Positions 1 through 8,301 are shown, counted from the stretch's first letter. The stretch is 20,000 nt of DNA from an uncultured virus (IMG/VR IMGVR_UViG_3300009124_000008) (IMGVR_UViG_3300009124_000008); one strand, 5' to 3'. Numbers and translations: made by a program. The notes: a model not told the origin generated them from the letters alone.

Positions 1-234
1 AGTAACACACAAAAGATTAGAAAGCTTTCTATTACTGTACAATTATCTTCCCATGAAGATTATACTGGTGGTGAAGTTCAGTTTATGGAAGATCAAAAGA
101 AAACATTTTTTGCTCCGAAGAAAAAAGGAACAGTAATCGTTTTCGATAGTCGATTGCCACATAGAGCAAAGAAAGTTTTAACTGGAGAAAGACGTTCTCT
201 GGTTGGTTGGGTAGTTGGTCCACAATGGAGGTAA
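1..234 (+). CDS. 2OG-Fe(II) oxygenase (P4H-like), 3' part only
   Basis: Frame 1 is open from base 1: ...RKLSITVQLSSHEDYTGGEVQF...GTVIVFDSRLPHRAKKVLTGERRSLVGWVVGPQWR*, ending TAA 232-234. It has the distal His and R-x-S 2OG-binding motif of cyanophage 2OG-Fe(II) oxygenases. Confidence 0.9.
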   Translation, partial: SNTQKIRKLSITVQLSSHEDYTGGEVQFMEDQKKTFFAPKKKGTVIVFDSRLPHRAKKVLTGERRSLVGWVVGPQWR

Positions 235-235
235 T

Positions 236-808
236 ATGAGAGAGTGGGATGATTGGTCTGTTATTTTAGTTCGTCAATTAATAGATCCTGTGTATCTTTT
301 CCAACCTATTCCATGGGAAAGAGGTCAGTACACATACAGGTCTTCTGGAAATGTAGTGGTAGATACAAGTGAGAGGCAGGTTCCTGGTAGTATTTCTAGA
401 TACAACCACCCTCACTACAGAGAAATTTATTACGATGTAAAAAACAAAATACAAGAAATAATTAACGAATCCTTATATCCTACGTATTACTACGATAGGT
501 TTTATTTCAAAAATCAAGAACTAACTCCACATAAAGATAGACCATCTTGTGAAGTCAGTGTTTCTTTACATTGTTCTAATAACTTAGATTATGAATGGCC
601 TATATGGTTTGATACACCAGACGGAGACAAAGTTCCTTTGACAACAAATCCTGGTGATGCTGTCATATATAAAGGATGTGAACGTGAACATTGGCGTGAA
701 CCAATGAAAGGAAATCACAAATCATACTACCACCAAATCTTTTTCCATTATGTAAGAAGAGATGGACCTTACATTGAACATGCCTTTGACTCTCCTAATC
801 GAAGATAA
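236..808 (+). CDS. putative 2OG-Fe(II) oxygenase
   Basis: HxD motif (PHKDRPSCEVSVSL) and PGDAVIYKGCEREHWRE distal His. The start is moved to ATG 236, which follows a GGAGG SD-like motif at 228-232. Confidence 0.8.
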   Translation: MREWDDWSVILVRQLIDPVYLFQPIPWERGQYTYRSSGNVVVDTSERQVPGSISRYNHPHYREIYYDVKNKIQEIINESLYPTYYYDRFYFKNQELTPHKDRPSCEVSVSLHCSNNLDYEWPIWFDTPDGDKVPLTTNPGDAVIYKGCEREHWREPMKGNHKSYYHQIFFHYVRRDGPYIEHAFDSPNRR

Positions 809-811
809 ATA
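806..811 (+). promoter_or_regulatory. T4-type late promoter (TAAATA)
   Basis: ATAAATA at 805-811, 26 nt upstream of ATG 838. Confidence 0.7.
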
Positions 812-837
812 CTTAGAGACACTACCGCCCGATAAAC

Positions 838-2031
838 ATGTCGAATTTAAATGTTGGTGAAGCTGTTGTAGGATCGGAGTTAAACCTACCGATCCACACT
901 AATTCATCAAGACCTACTGGAGCACCTCCAGGTCATATGATTTTTAATCAGCAAGAGGGAAAGATTCAAATTTATGATGGATCTGAATGGATTTCTATTG
1001 GATCTACTAATTACGATATTTCTGCTACTGGTGATGTAACCACTTTTGATCTTACTGGAGATAATGCTGGGGATAGAGTTATCAAATTTACTGGTGATGG
1101 AACACTGACCATAAACAATGCTTCTACTGATAAAGGTATTGATCTTTTGATTATTGGAGGTGGCGGCGGTGGCGGTGGTGTTATCGGCGGCGGGGGCGGC
1201 GCTGGTGGCACATTGTATAAGAGAAATCTCCAACTTCCAGTTGGTACGTACCAAATTACTGTTGGTTCTGGTGGTCTTGGTGGTAGGGGATGGAACAACG
1301 TTGACCAAGAAGGAAGAGCAGGTCAACCATCTATATTAGTTGGTGGCGATATCATTTACGAAGCTGTAGGTGGTGGCGGTGGTGAAGCACATGGTGGATC
1401 TAGTGGTCCTGGTTTTTCTGGGTCTGGTGGTTGTGGCGGTGGATCCGCTAACAGATCTAGACGTGGTGGTTCTGCCGTAGGTAATGCTTTTGGTTATATA
1501 GAAACTCTACAGACTCCACCTAGATCAGCCAGTAATGATGCTTATGCTGAAGGGGCTGGTGTTCTAGGATCCCACACAGCCAACACAGGCGGTAATAACA
1601 GTGCTCTTGTAAAAAGAGGTATCCAAGGTTGGCCAGGTGGAAATTGGGGAGGTGGAGACACTGGCGCTGGTGGCGGCGGTTGTGGTTACTGTGGTACTAA
1701 TGGAGGAGCACCAAGAGATGTTGGTGGTCCTGGTGGTCCTGGATGCTATATGGAAATTGAAGGCACCCTAAAAGCATATGCTGGTGGAGGTGGCGGAGGT
1801 GTCCGTGGTACTGGAAGACAAAGAGGTGTGGGTGGTGTAGGTGGAGGCGGCGAAGGTGGTAGAAACACCTTGCTTCCTGCTGATTATGGTTCAAATAATG
1901 GAGAAGCTGCCGAAAACGGTCAGGTAAACACTGGTGGAGGCGGCGGCGGAGCAGGTTATAATGGTGGTAGTAGCTCCACCATCGGAGGCACTGGTGGTCC
2001 TGGTATTGTAATTGTTCGCTATAAAAAGTAA
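838..2031 (+). CDS. glycine-rich virion structural protein (fibre/adhesin-like)
   Basis: N-terminal RP..G.MIFN....IQIYDGSEW motif typical of cyanophage fibre proteins, many GGGGG runs, C-terminal GGPGIVIVRY and an upstream late promoter. Confidence 0.7.
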   Translation: MSNLNVGEAVVGSELNLPIHTNSSRPTGAPPGHMIFNQQEGKIQIYDGSEWISIGSTNYDISATGDVTTFDLTGDNAGDRVIKFTGDGTLTINNASTDKGIDLLIIGGGGGGGGVIGGGGGAGGTLYKRNLQLPVGTYQITVGSGGLGGRGWNNVDQEGRAGQPSILVGGDIIYEAVGGGGGEAHGGSSGPGFSGSGGCGGGSANRSRRGGSAVGNAFGYIETLQTPPRSASNDAYAEGAGVLGSHTANTGGNNSALVKRGIQGWPGGNWGGGDTGAGGGGCGYCGTNGGAPRDVGGPGGPGCYMEIEGTLKAYAGGGGGGVRGTGRQRGVGGVGGGGEGGRNTLLPADYGSNNGEAAENGQVNTGGGGGGAGYNGGSSSTIGGTGGPGIVIVRYKK

Positions 2032-2032
2032 A

Positions 2033-2353
2033 ATGGATTTAACATATATTGCTTCACTAACTGAAGATCAAAAGCAAGTTTTAGCCGATCTATTAAATCA
2101 TATTAACGACGAAGAACCATTTGGTCCTGGCGTTAGTTCTGATTGGGTCATTAAAATGAGAGAGGATCTTCGTTTATCTACTCCCAAAAGAGAAGATCTT
2201 GAGAGATGTAGAATGCTACAGTTGCTCAATAGATCAGAAGCTAAAGTAGGTTATACTGTCGATGACTTGACAACTCCCGATGGTCTACCTGTTGTTAGAA
2301 TTGTTGGGTCAACTGTAGAACTTGATAAATTACTTGATACTGACACAGAATGA
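2033..2353 (+). CDS. hypothetical protein (106 aa)
   Basis: ATG 2033 lies directly after the stop at 2031, and the ORF overlaps the next gene by ATGA. Confidence 0.7.
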   Translation: MDLTYIASLTEDQKQVLADLLNHINDEEPFGPGVSSDWVIKMREDLRLSTPKREDLERCRMLQLLNRSEAKVGYTVDDLTTPDGLPVVRIVGSTVELDKLLDTDTE

Positions 2354-2958
2354 GATTTGATATTTTGCCATTGTTCTCTAGTCCTCTTACATTATCTAAA
2401 TTAAATTTAAATACAAATTTGATTCTTGAGAAGTTAAAAGAGACTGAGTACATTGAGACTCTTGACTCTCAAAATAGTCAGACAAACATACACTCTAGAA
2501 TATCCAAATCTAAAAATATTCTAGAATATTTTCCAGAGTTACAAAGTAATATTATAGAGCACTTATCTTTTTATATTAAAGATGTGTTGAAGTACGAAGA
2601 TCTACAATTCAAAATCACTAGTTCTTGGGCATCACTAACTCTTTCTGGTCATAGTGGAGAATCACATTCACACAAGAACAGTTGGTTGAGTGGAGTTTTT
2701 TATCCAGAAGACGGTAGCAATATTTTATTCAATGATGGATATAGATTTTTCTACCACGAACCCACAGAGTATAATCTGTGGAATTCATCAAACTGGGCAA
2801 TTCCAGCAGAAGAGAACTTATTAATCTTTTTCCCAAGTCATTTATCACATCAAATAACTACAAACACATCAAAAAACAATAGATATTCTATTGCTTTTAA
2901 TGTATTCCCTTGTGGTATGTGGGGCGAGGGAGATTCTATAAATAATATCGTATCGTAA
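2350..2958 (+). CDS. putative 2OG-Fe(II) oxygenase (TIGR02466-like)
   Basis: LFSSP N-terminus, SW..., HSHKNSWLSGVFYP, LLIFFPSHLSHQI and NRYSIAFN motifs. Confidence 0.85.
   Translation: MRFDILPLFSSPLTLSKLNLNTNLILEKLKETEYIETLDSQNSQTNIHSRISKSKNILEYFPELQSNIIEHLSFYIKDVLKYEDLQFKITSSWASLTLSGHSGESHSHKNSWLSGVFYPEDGSNILFNDGYRFFYHEPTEYNLWNSSNWAIPAEENLLIFFPSHLSHQITTNTSKNNRYSIAFNVFPCGMWGEGDSINNIVS
2937..2944 (+). promoter_or_regulatory. T4-type late promoter
   Basis: Perfect TATAAATA, 29 nt upstream of ATG 2974. Confidence 0.75.
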
Positions 2959-2973
2959 TCTTACCTGATTATC

Positions 2974-3162
2974 ATGGACACTGAACAACTTAGAAAAAAT
3001 TTCGAGGAGCAACTTGCTAGCACAGATAAGCAAATTGCTGAACTAGAAGCAAACCTTAGCAAGGCAAGGGAGTATAAACTCAAACTAGCTGGTGGTTTGG
3101 AAACTCTAGATCTTCTCAATCCTAAAGAAGAAGAACCTGCTGAAGAATCAGCAGCAGAATAA
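2974..3162 (+). CDS. small acidic coiled-coil protein
   Basis: 62 aa with a heptad pattern, flanked by a late promoter and a terminator. Confidence 0.8.
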   Translation: MDTEQLRKNFEEQLASTDKQIAELEANLSKAREYKLKLAGGLETLDLLNPKEEEPAEESAAE

Positions 3163-3166
3163 TCCT

Positions 3167-3202
3167 AAGTCCCTGCTTCCTAAATAGAAGTAGGGACTTT
3201 TT
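3167..3202 (+). terminator. Rho-independent terminator with a late promoter in its loop
   Basis: Stem AAGTCCCTGCTTC (3167-3179) / GAAGTAGGGACTT (3187-3199) with one G-U pair, loop CTAAATA, and a T-run at 3198-3202. Confidence 0.8.
3181..3186 (+). promoter_or_regulatory. late promoter for gp13
   Basis: TAAATA 27 nt upstream of ATG 3214. Confidence 0.7.
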
Positions 3203-3213
3203 GTGTAAGATAC

Positions 3214-4044
3214 ATGGCAGCGCCAAGCACTAAGCAGGAACTAATTGATTACTGTAAACGTCAGTTGGGTGCTCCTGTATTGCAGATCAACATTGCTGAT
3301 GAACAAGTAGACGATATCATTGATGATGCTATCCAGTTTTATCACGAACATCATTTTGATGGTCTTGAGCAAATGTATCTCAAGCACAATATCACTGATT
3401 CTGATATTACTAGGTTTACCACAGAAAATGAAGTAACTCAAACTGTAGCTCCAGATGCTACTGGATGGGAACATAGAAAGAACTTCCTAGAGATCCCAGA
3501 GCATGTGATGGGTATCAGTAAAGTGTTTGGAGTGTCGTCAAACTTTGTACGTAACGAACTGTTTGGTATGACCAACCAGTTTTTCTTGATGGATATGTTC
3601 TCCTTCTCGAATGGATTCAAGATGGGGAATTTTGACCTGACTAATTTCTACATGGTCAAGCAATATTTTGAAACTTTAGATCAAGTTATTAATACAGGTT
3701 CTCTAGTACAATATAGATTTACAAAGAGACAAGATAGATTGTATATCGACATTGACACCAGCAGATTAAAAGAAGGAAACTGGTTGTTAATCGATTGTTG
3801 GGGTGCTGTAAATCCAGAAACATTTACTCAAGTATATAATGACTCATTCCTTAAGAGGTATGCTACTGCCTTAATGAAGAGACAGTGGGGAGCAAACCTA
3901 ATCAAATTTAATAACGTACAACTTCCTGGTGGCATTACTCTCAACGGTCGTCAGATTTGGGAAGATGGTAACAGAGAAGTTCAAGCACTTGAAGCAGAAA
4001 TGCTGACCAAGTATTCCCTTCCACCAATGGACATGATCGGATAA
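3214..4044 (+). CDS. gp13: neck protein gp13
   Basis: LIDYCKRQLGAPVLQINI, HFDG and KRQWGANLIKFNNVQLPGGITLNGRQI motifs; T4 synteny. Confidence 0.95.
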   Translation: MAAPSTKQELIDYCKRQLGAPVLQINIADEQVDDIIDDAIQFYHEHHFDGLEQMYLKHNITDSDITRFTTENEVTQTVAPDATGWEHRKNFLEIPEHVMGISKVFGVSSNFVRNELFGMTNQFFLMDMFSFSNGFKMGNFDLTNFYMVKQYFETLDQVINTGSLVQYRFTKRQDRLYIDIDTSRLKEGNWLLIDCWGAVNPETFTQVYNDSFLKRYATALMKRQWGANLIKFNNVQLPGGITLNGRQIWEDGNREVQALEAEMLTKYSLPPMDMIG

Positions 4045-4045
4045 G

Positions 4046-5167
4046 ATGCCAACATCACCTTACTTTCCCACTTACTACGGCGGATATTCTGGCGAGCAAA
4101 ACCTCGTACAGGATCTGGTTGACGAACAGATTAAACTGTTTGGATCAGATATCTATTACATGCCTAGGACAATCCTGAAAGACAATACTTTAGATGACAT
4201 CATCTATTCGAAGTATCAGTCACAGTTTCAAATTGAAATGCTCCTGGAAAATGTAACTGGATTTGGAGAGACATCAGAATTCATTAGTAAGTTTGGTCTA
4301 CGCATCACAGATGAAATCAAGTTCCGAGTGTCTACAAGACGTTGGGATGAAGAAGCAGCGTCATATGATCTTACTGTGGATGGTAGACCTAATGAAGGTG
4401 ATCTTTTATACTTCCCATTAACTCAAGACTTATACGAGATCAAGTTTGTAGAACGAGAGCAACCCTTCTATCAGATGGGCAAACTACAGTTCTATACAAT
4501 GACTGCCGAGATCTATGAGGTTGGCAGTGATCTCATTGATACTGGTGTTGAAGAAATTGATGAGATTGAAACTAAGTTCTCCAGTTCTATCAGACTCTTT
4601 ATGGACCCTGGTGGTACGGGGAACTTCCAAGTTGGTGAGGAAATTGTCGGAGATGAATTCCTTGCTAAGGCAACAGCAAGTATTAGTGGAGACGCTGTAG
4701 GTAATGTAGTTATGACAGACACAGGTCTGTACTACAACCAAGCACTGCCACCAACAGTTACATTCTCTGGAGGAGGAGCAACTACAGATGCTACAGGAAC
4801 TGCCACAGTTAGCGCGACGGGTCTTGTTACTGGTGTTATTATCACTGACGGCGGGGTTGGGTATACATCAGAACCTACGGTCACCATCGATTATTCGCCA
4901 AAGGACAATAGAGCGGAAGTCAAGTCCTGGGATAGTGCCACTAGAGCACTCGAAGTTATCAACAGAACAGGAACGTTTACTACTGCTGAAGTAGTAACTG
5001 GTCTAACTTCAGGTGCCAAGTGGAGTCCTGAGTCCTATAACACTCTAAATAATACCAACAGCAGCTACGATCAAAATTATGAGATCGAACAAGAGGCTGA
5101 CGAATTAATCGATTGGGGTGAAGTTAATCCCTTCGGTGAGTATGGTAACTTTATGGATTCATTCTAA
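4046..5167 (+). CDS. gp14: neck protein gp14 (head closure)
   Basis: EQNLVQDLVDEQIKLFG, YYMPR, SKFGL, RPNEGDLLYFP, FYQMGK and C-terminal NPFG; follows gp13. Confidence 0.95.
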   Translation: MPTSPYFPTYYGGYSGEQNLVQDLVDEQIKLFGSDIYYMPRTILKDNTLDDIIYSKYQSQFQIEMLLENVTGFGETSEFISKFGLRITDEIKFRVSTRRWDEEAASYDLTVDGRPNEGDLLYFPLTQDLYEIKFVEREQPFYQMGKLQFYTMTAEIYEVGSDLIDTGVEEIDEIETKFSSSIRLFMDPGGTGNFQVGEEIVGDEFLAKATASISGDAVGNVVMTDTGLYYNQALPPTVTFSGGGATTDATGTATVSATGLVTGVIITDGGVGYTSEPTVTIDYSPKDNRAEVKSWDSATRALEVINRTGTFTTAEVVTGLTSGAKWSPESYNTLNNTNSSYDQNYEIEQEADELIDWGEVNPFGEYGNFMDSF

Positions 5168-5970
5168 TGCTTGGGGCACACTTCTACAACGAAGCTATCC
5201 GTAAAACGGTAATTGGTTTCGGTACACTATTCAACAACATCGAACTTAAGAAAGTAGATCCCAACACGGGTGATGTGTTGGAGGTTGAAAAAGTTCCCCT
5301 TGCTTATGGACCTAAGCAAAAGTTCTTGACACGTCTAGAACAGAATCCAGATGTAGACAGAAAAGTTGCTATTACACTACCACGTCTCTATTTCGAGATG
5401 ACTGGTATCACATATGATCCTGCTCGTAAGACAAGTCCTGTACAAAAATACAGAACTACTATTGCTGATGATGGATCAGAAGTTAAGACTCAGTATGTTC
5501 CAGTTCCATATGACATGTCATTTGAACTAGGAATTATCGGTAAGTCTCAAGATGATGGTCTACAGATTCTTGAACAGATTTTACCATTCTTCCAACCTAA
5601 CTTTAACATCACTCTTAACATGATCACTGACATGGAAGAGAAAAAAGATATTGCTATTGTGCTGAACAATATTAACTACGAAGATGATTGGGATGATAGT
5701 TTCTTAGATCGTAGAAGCATTGTGTGGTCGTTAAACTTTACTGCCAAATCATATATCTACGGTCCTTACACCAACACAGGTATCATTCGTAAAGCAACTA
5801 TTTACGAATCAGTTGGAGACCTTGCTGCTAGCAGAAGAACTGCTGCTTACAGTTACTCACCTAAGGCATTGGAAGATAAGAATGCCGATGGTGCCATCAA
5901 TGCTGCTGACGATGAACTGATTATTTCTACCGACGACTTTGGATTTAATGAAGGGATTGAACTACTATGA
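5167..5970 (+). CDS. gp15: tail sheath stabiliser / tail terminator gp15
   Basis: FGTLFNNI, VPLAYGPKQKFL, LPRLYFEM and QILEQILPFFQP motifs; synteny. Confidence 0.95.
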   Translation: MLGAHFYNEAIRKTVIGFGTLFNNIELKKVDPNTGDVLEVEKVPLAYGPKQKFLTRLEQNPDVDRKVAITLPRLYFEMTGITYDPARKTSPVQKYRTTIADDGSEVKTQYVPVPYDMSFELGIIGKSQDDGLQILEQILPFFQPNFNITLNMITDMEEKKDIAIVLNNINYEDDWDDSFLDRRSIVWSLNFTAKSYIYGPYTNTGIIRKATIYESVGDLAASRRTAAYSYSPKALEDKNADGAINAADDELIISTDDFGFNEGIELL

Positions 5971-6392
5971 ACGAATTTGAAAAGAACATGGAAGATATCT
6001 TTGATATCGAAGTTGAATCTACAGATATTGAACCATCAAAACCAAGACCTCCCAGAGAGGCAGACAAGGACGACCAGACAAAGGATTACGAGTTTACCCG
6101 TGGGTCTTTGTACTCCCTCATAGACAAGGGCACAGAGGCGCTTAACGGTGCCTTAGAAGTAGCACAGGAGTCTGGACACCCTAGAGCGTATGAAGTCGCT
6201 GTGAATGCTATGAAGCAGGTAGCAGACGCCACTGATAAACTTCTAGATCTTCAGCAGAAGATGAAGAACCTTGAGGCACCTACTAAGCGTGAGACTAATA
6301 ATACTACAAACAATTTATTTGTAGGTAGCACAGCAGACCTACAGAAAATGCTTAAACAAATAAATAAGAAAGAAGAGTCTGGAGAGTCATGA
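5967..6392 (+). CDS. gp16: terminase small subunit gp16
   Basis: DYEFTR..L, ESGHPRAYEV and NNLFVGSTADLQKML motifs. Confidence 0.95.
   Translation: MNEFEKNMEDIFDIEVESTDIEPSKPRPPREADKDDQTKDYEFTRGSLYSLIDKGTEALNGALEVAQESGHPRAYEVAVNAMKQVADATDKLLDLQQKMKNLEAPTKRETNNTTNNLFVGSTADLQKMLKQINKKEESGES
6361..6366 (+). promoter_or_regulatory. late promoter
   Basis: ATAAATA at 6360-6366, 22 nt upstream of ATG 6389. Confidence 0.6.
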
Positions 6393-6664
6393 TCCTAAAA
6401 CCAATTACTCCGTTAGTAGAAATTCCAGTAATCGGATCTGATATTTCTCTAGCTACTGTAGTATCAGTATTAAATAACTCTGGTGCTCCATGTCAAATTA
6501 GAATCGACAATGGAGAAGCTGCTAACGATCAACCATCGATTGCTTTGGCAACTGGCGAGAGAGCAACGATTGCTAAACATGCTTCAGATGAAATCTTTGC
6601 TGAAGATTTAACTGGCACTTCAGTTACTGATGTCTTTGCTACAAAAATTGCTTACGGAAACTAA
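6389..6664 (+). CDS. hypothetical protein, possibly virion-associated
   Basis: 91 aa, beta-rich composition, ATGA overlap with gp16 and an upstream late promoter. Confidence 0.75.
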   Translation: MILKPITPLVEIPVIGSDISLATVVSVLNNSGAPCQIRIDNGEAANDQPSIALATGERATIAKHASDEIFAEDLTGTSVTDVFATKIAYGN

Positions 6665-7461
6665 TGGCACAGTGGAACAAGGATGCTCAAGACTATAGAG
6701 CACAGGACACAACAAACTTTGAAGTAGTGATGATTGCCGATGAAGACGGCAACCCTATCAACTCGTTTGGTGCTGCTTCAAACATTCCTATTGCTGGTGG
6801 ACAGATTGAAGGATACAATTACGTTCATAAGTTTGGTGCTAACACAGCATTAGACAACCAAAATTACGAAACTATCTGGGATGGTAGTAGTTTATATCCT
6901 TGGGCGACCATGGATACTGCTGCTACTACACTAACTACGAATGCTGAAGCTGGTAATAGCGGAGCAGAGATTACTATTCAGGGATTGAATGAGAACTGGG
7001 AACTAACAACAGAAGTTCTCACTCTTGATGGCACAGCACAAACTACATCAAATTCATGGAAGCGTGTGTTCCGTGGTTTTGTTTCTGGATCACAAGAAAT
7101 TACTGCTGACTTCACATTATCAAAGGGTGCTGTTGTAGTTCTACAAATTGGAACTGAAGCTCAACAAACTTTGATGTCAATTTATACTATCCCTGCTGGT
7201 AAGACAGGATATCTATTCAACCTTGATGCTACTACGCTCAAGAATGAACAAGTTACGATGAAAATAAAGGCAAGATTGTTTGAGAAAATTTTTAGAACAC
7301 AGCATATCTTCCAAGTTGCTGGCGTTCATTACAACCATACATTTACAGTTCCGCTATACTTCCCAGAGAAAACTGATATTGATTTGAGAGCGATTGGTGG
7401 TTCTTCTGGTCTTGATGCTTACGCCCATTTTGATTTGATACTTGTAGATAACGAGGTATAA
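6664..7461 (+). CDS. hypothetical protein, possibly virion structural
   Basis: 265 aa with a TAATG overlap. The N-terminal MAQWNK...FEVVMIAD..GN leader resembles cyanophage late proteins. Confidence 0.75.
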   Translation: MAQWNKDAQDYRAQDTTNFEVVMIADEDGNPINSFGAASNIPIAGGQIEGYNYVHKFGANTALDNQNYETIWDGSSLYPWATMDTAATTLTTNAEAGNSGAEITIQGLNENWELTTEVLTLDGTAQTTSNSWKRVFRGFVSGSQEITADFTLSKGAVVVLQIGTEAQQTLMSIYTIPAGKTGYLFNLDATTLKNEQVTMKIKARLFEKIFRTQHIFQVAGVHYNHTFTVPLYFPEKTDIDLRAIGGSSGLDAYAHFDLILVDNEV

Positions 7462-7463
7462 AT

Positions 7464-7868
7464 ATGAAGTCGCTTAAACAGTTAAGGCATGACATTAGAG
7501 AATCTGCCGAAAAACGATACTGCCCCAAGTGTGAAAAGTGGGAGACCCGAGCAGAATGTGCCTACGGAGTCTCCTACTGGGACAAGTATGCCACCAAGAA
7601 CTTCAAGGAGTCAATCCTCGGAGAAGCAGCTTGGACAAGGAAAGAAGGAAAGTCCAAATCAGGCGGACTTAATGAGAAAGGAAGAAAGTCTTACGAGAGA
7701 GAAAATCCAGGATCTGACCTCAAGGCACCAAGCAAGAAGGTTGGAAACCCCCGTAGGAAATCATTCTGTGCTCGAATGAAGGGCATGAAAGCAAAGCTAA
7801 CTTCTAAGAAGACAGCAAGGGATCCCGACTCCCGTATTAATAAATCGTTACGAGCCTGGAATTGCTAA
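7464..7868 (+). CDS. basic DUF6321-like protein with N-terminal CxxC motif, putative internal head protein
   Basis: AAWTRKEGK..GGLNEKGRKSY...DLKAP...RRKSFCARMKGMK...SRINKSLRAWNC; SD GAGG at 7453-7456. Confidence 0.75.
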   Translation: MKSLKQLRHDIRESAEKRYCPKCEKWETRAECAYGVSYWDKYATKNFKESILGEAAWTRKEGKSKSGGLNEKGRKSYERENPGSDLKAPSKKVGNPRRKSFCARMKGMKAKLTSKKTARDPDSRINKSLRAWNC

Positions 7869-7903
7869 CCTGAATAGATATAATTACATTATTAGAATGG
7901 CAT

Positions 7904-8059
7904 ATGGAAATGAGATTAAACTCAGACGACATTGCACGTTTGATTCGTGCTTGTGAAATGTACAAAGACTACACTGGATCCGAGTACATGTGGGACGAGT
8001 ATGATCGTCTCGAAAAGAAACTGATGTACTACGAAGAAGAAAATTGCCCTGAGGACTAG
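7904..8059 (+). CDS. small hypothetical protein (51 aa)
   Basis: Manual translation MEMRLNSDDIARLIRACEMYKDYTGSEYMWDEYDRLEKKLMYYEEENCPED*; alternative start at 7910. Not in the ORF track. Confidence 0.75.
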   Translation: MEMRLNSDDIARLIRACEMYKDYTGSEYMWDEYDRLEKKLMYYEEENCPED

Positions 8060-8283
8060 GTGTACAGAGAACCACATCTCCAAAAGAAAAGTGATGAATG
8101 TGCCAACCTTTGGAGGGAGTGGTTTCGTTTGAAGCAAAAAAAGCATTAGGGGCACCAGAAGCAAGACAAATATGGTGCCAATGTTGTGATGAATTTGCTG
8201 AGATGATAAGTCAGGAAGTCAAAACAAATCCACGATACAATAAGCTACAACTATTCCCTGGTAAAGACAAACCTGATAGATAA
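8060..8283 (+). CDS. small Cys/Trp-rich protein, probably expressed through a -1 frameshift (29 aa unshifted, 74 aa shifted)
   Basis: GTG 8060 with SD GAGGA (8051-8055). The zero frame stops at TAG 8147-8149, and the -1 frame is open to TAA 8283. In-frame A_AAA_AAG at 8137-8143. Confidence 0.65.
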
Positions 8284-8301
8284 TATAGTTGAATAAGTTT
8301 T

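Noticed and set aside
907..1894. Minus-strand and alternate-frame Pro/His-rich ORFs
   Set aside because: They are shadows of the GGN glycine codons in the 838-2031 gene.
1155..2000. GGT/GGC repeats as a tandem repeat or CRISPR-like array
   Set aside because: They are polyglycine coding sequence with no repeat-spacer periodicity. No CRISPR array, tRNA or rRNA was seen in the window.
5046..5051. TAAATA inside gp14
   Set aside because: It lies about 115 nt upstream of gp15, much farther than the other sites. It could be a real internal promoter, but chance cannot be excluded.
7457..7464. Perfect TATAAATA late promoter
   Set aside because: It overlaps the upstream stop codon and the A of ATG 7464, so a transcript would start inside the gene. 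It cannot serve this ORF and may be a by-product of the stop/start junction.
8057..8062. In-frame TAG-GTG junction suggesting amber read-through or recoding
   Set aside because: GAGGA just upstream supports re-initiation at GTG, and the long genes in the window show no internal TAG codons.
8098..8283. ORF-track 61-aa ORF as an independent gene from ATG 8098
   Set aside because: There is no convincing SD, and it starts inside the GTG-8060 frame. It is better explained as the -1 frame continuation, though not fully excluded.
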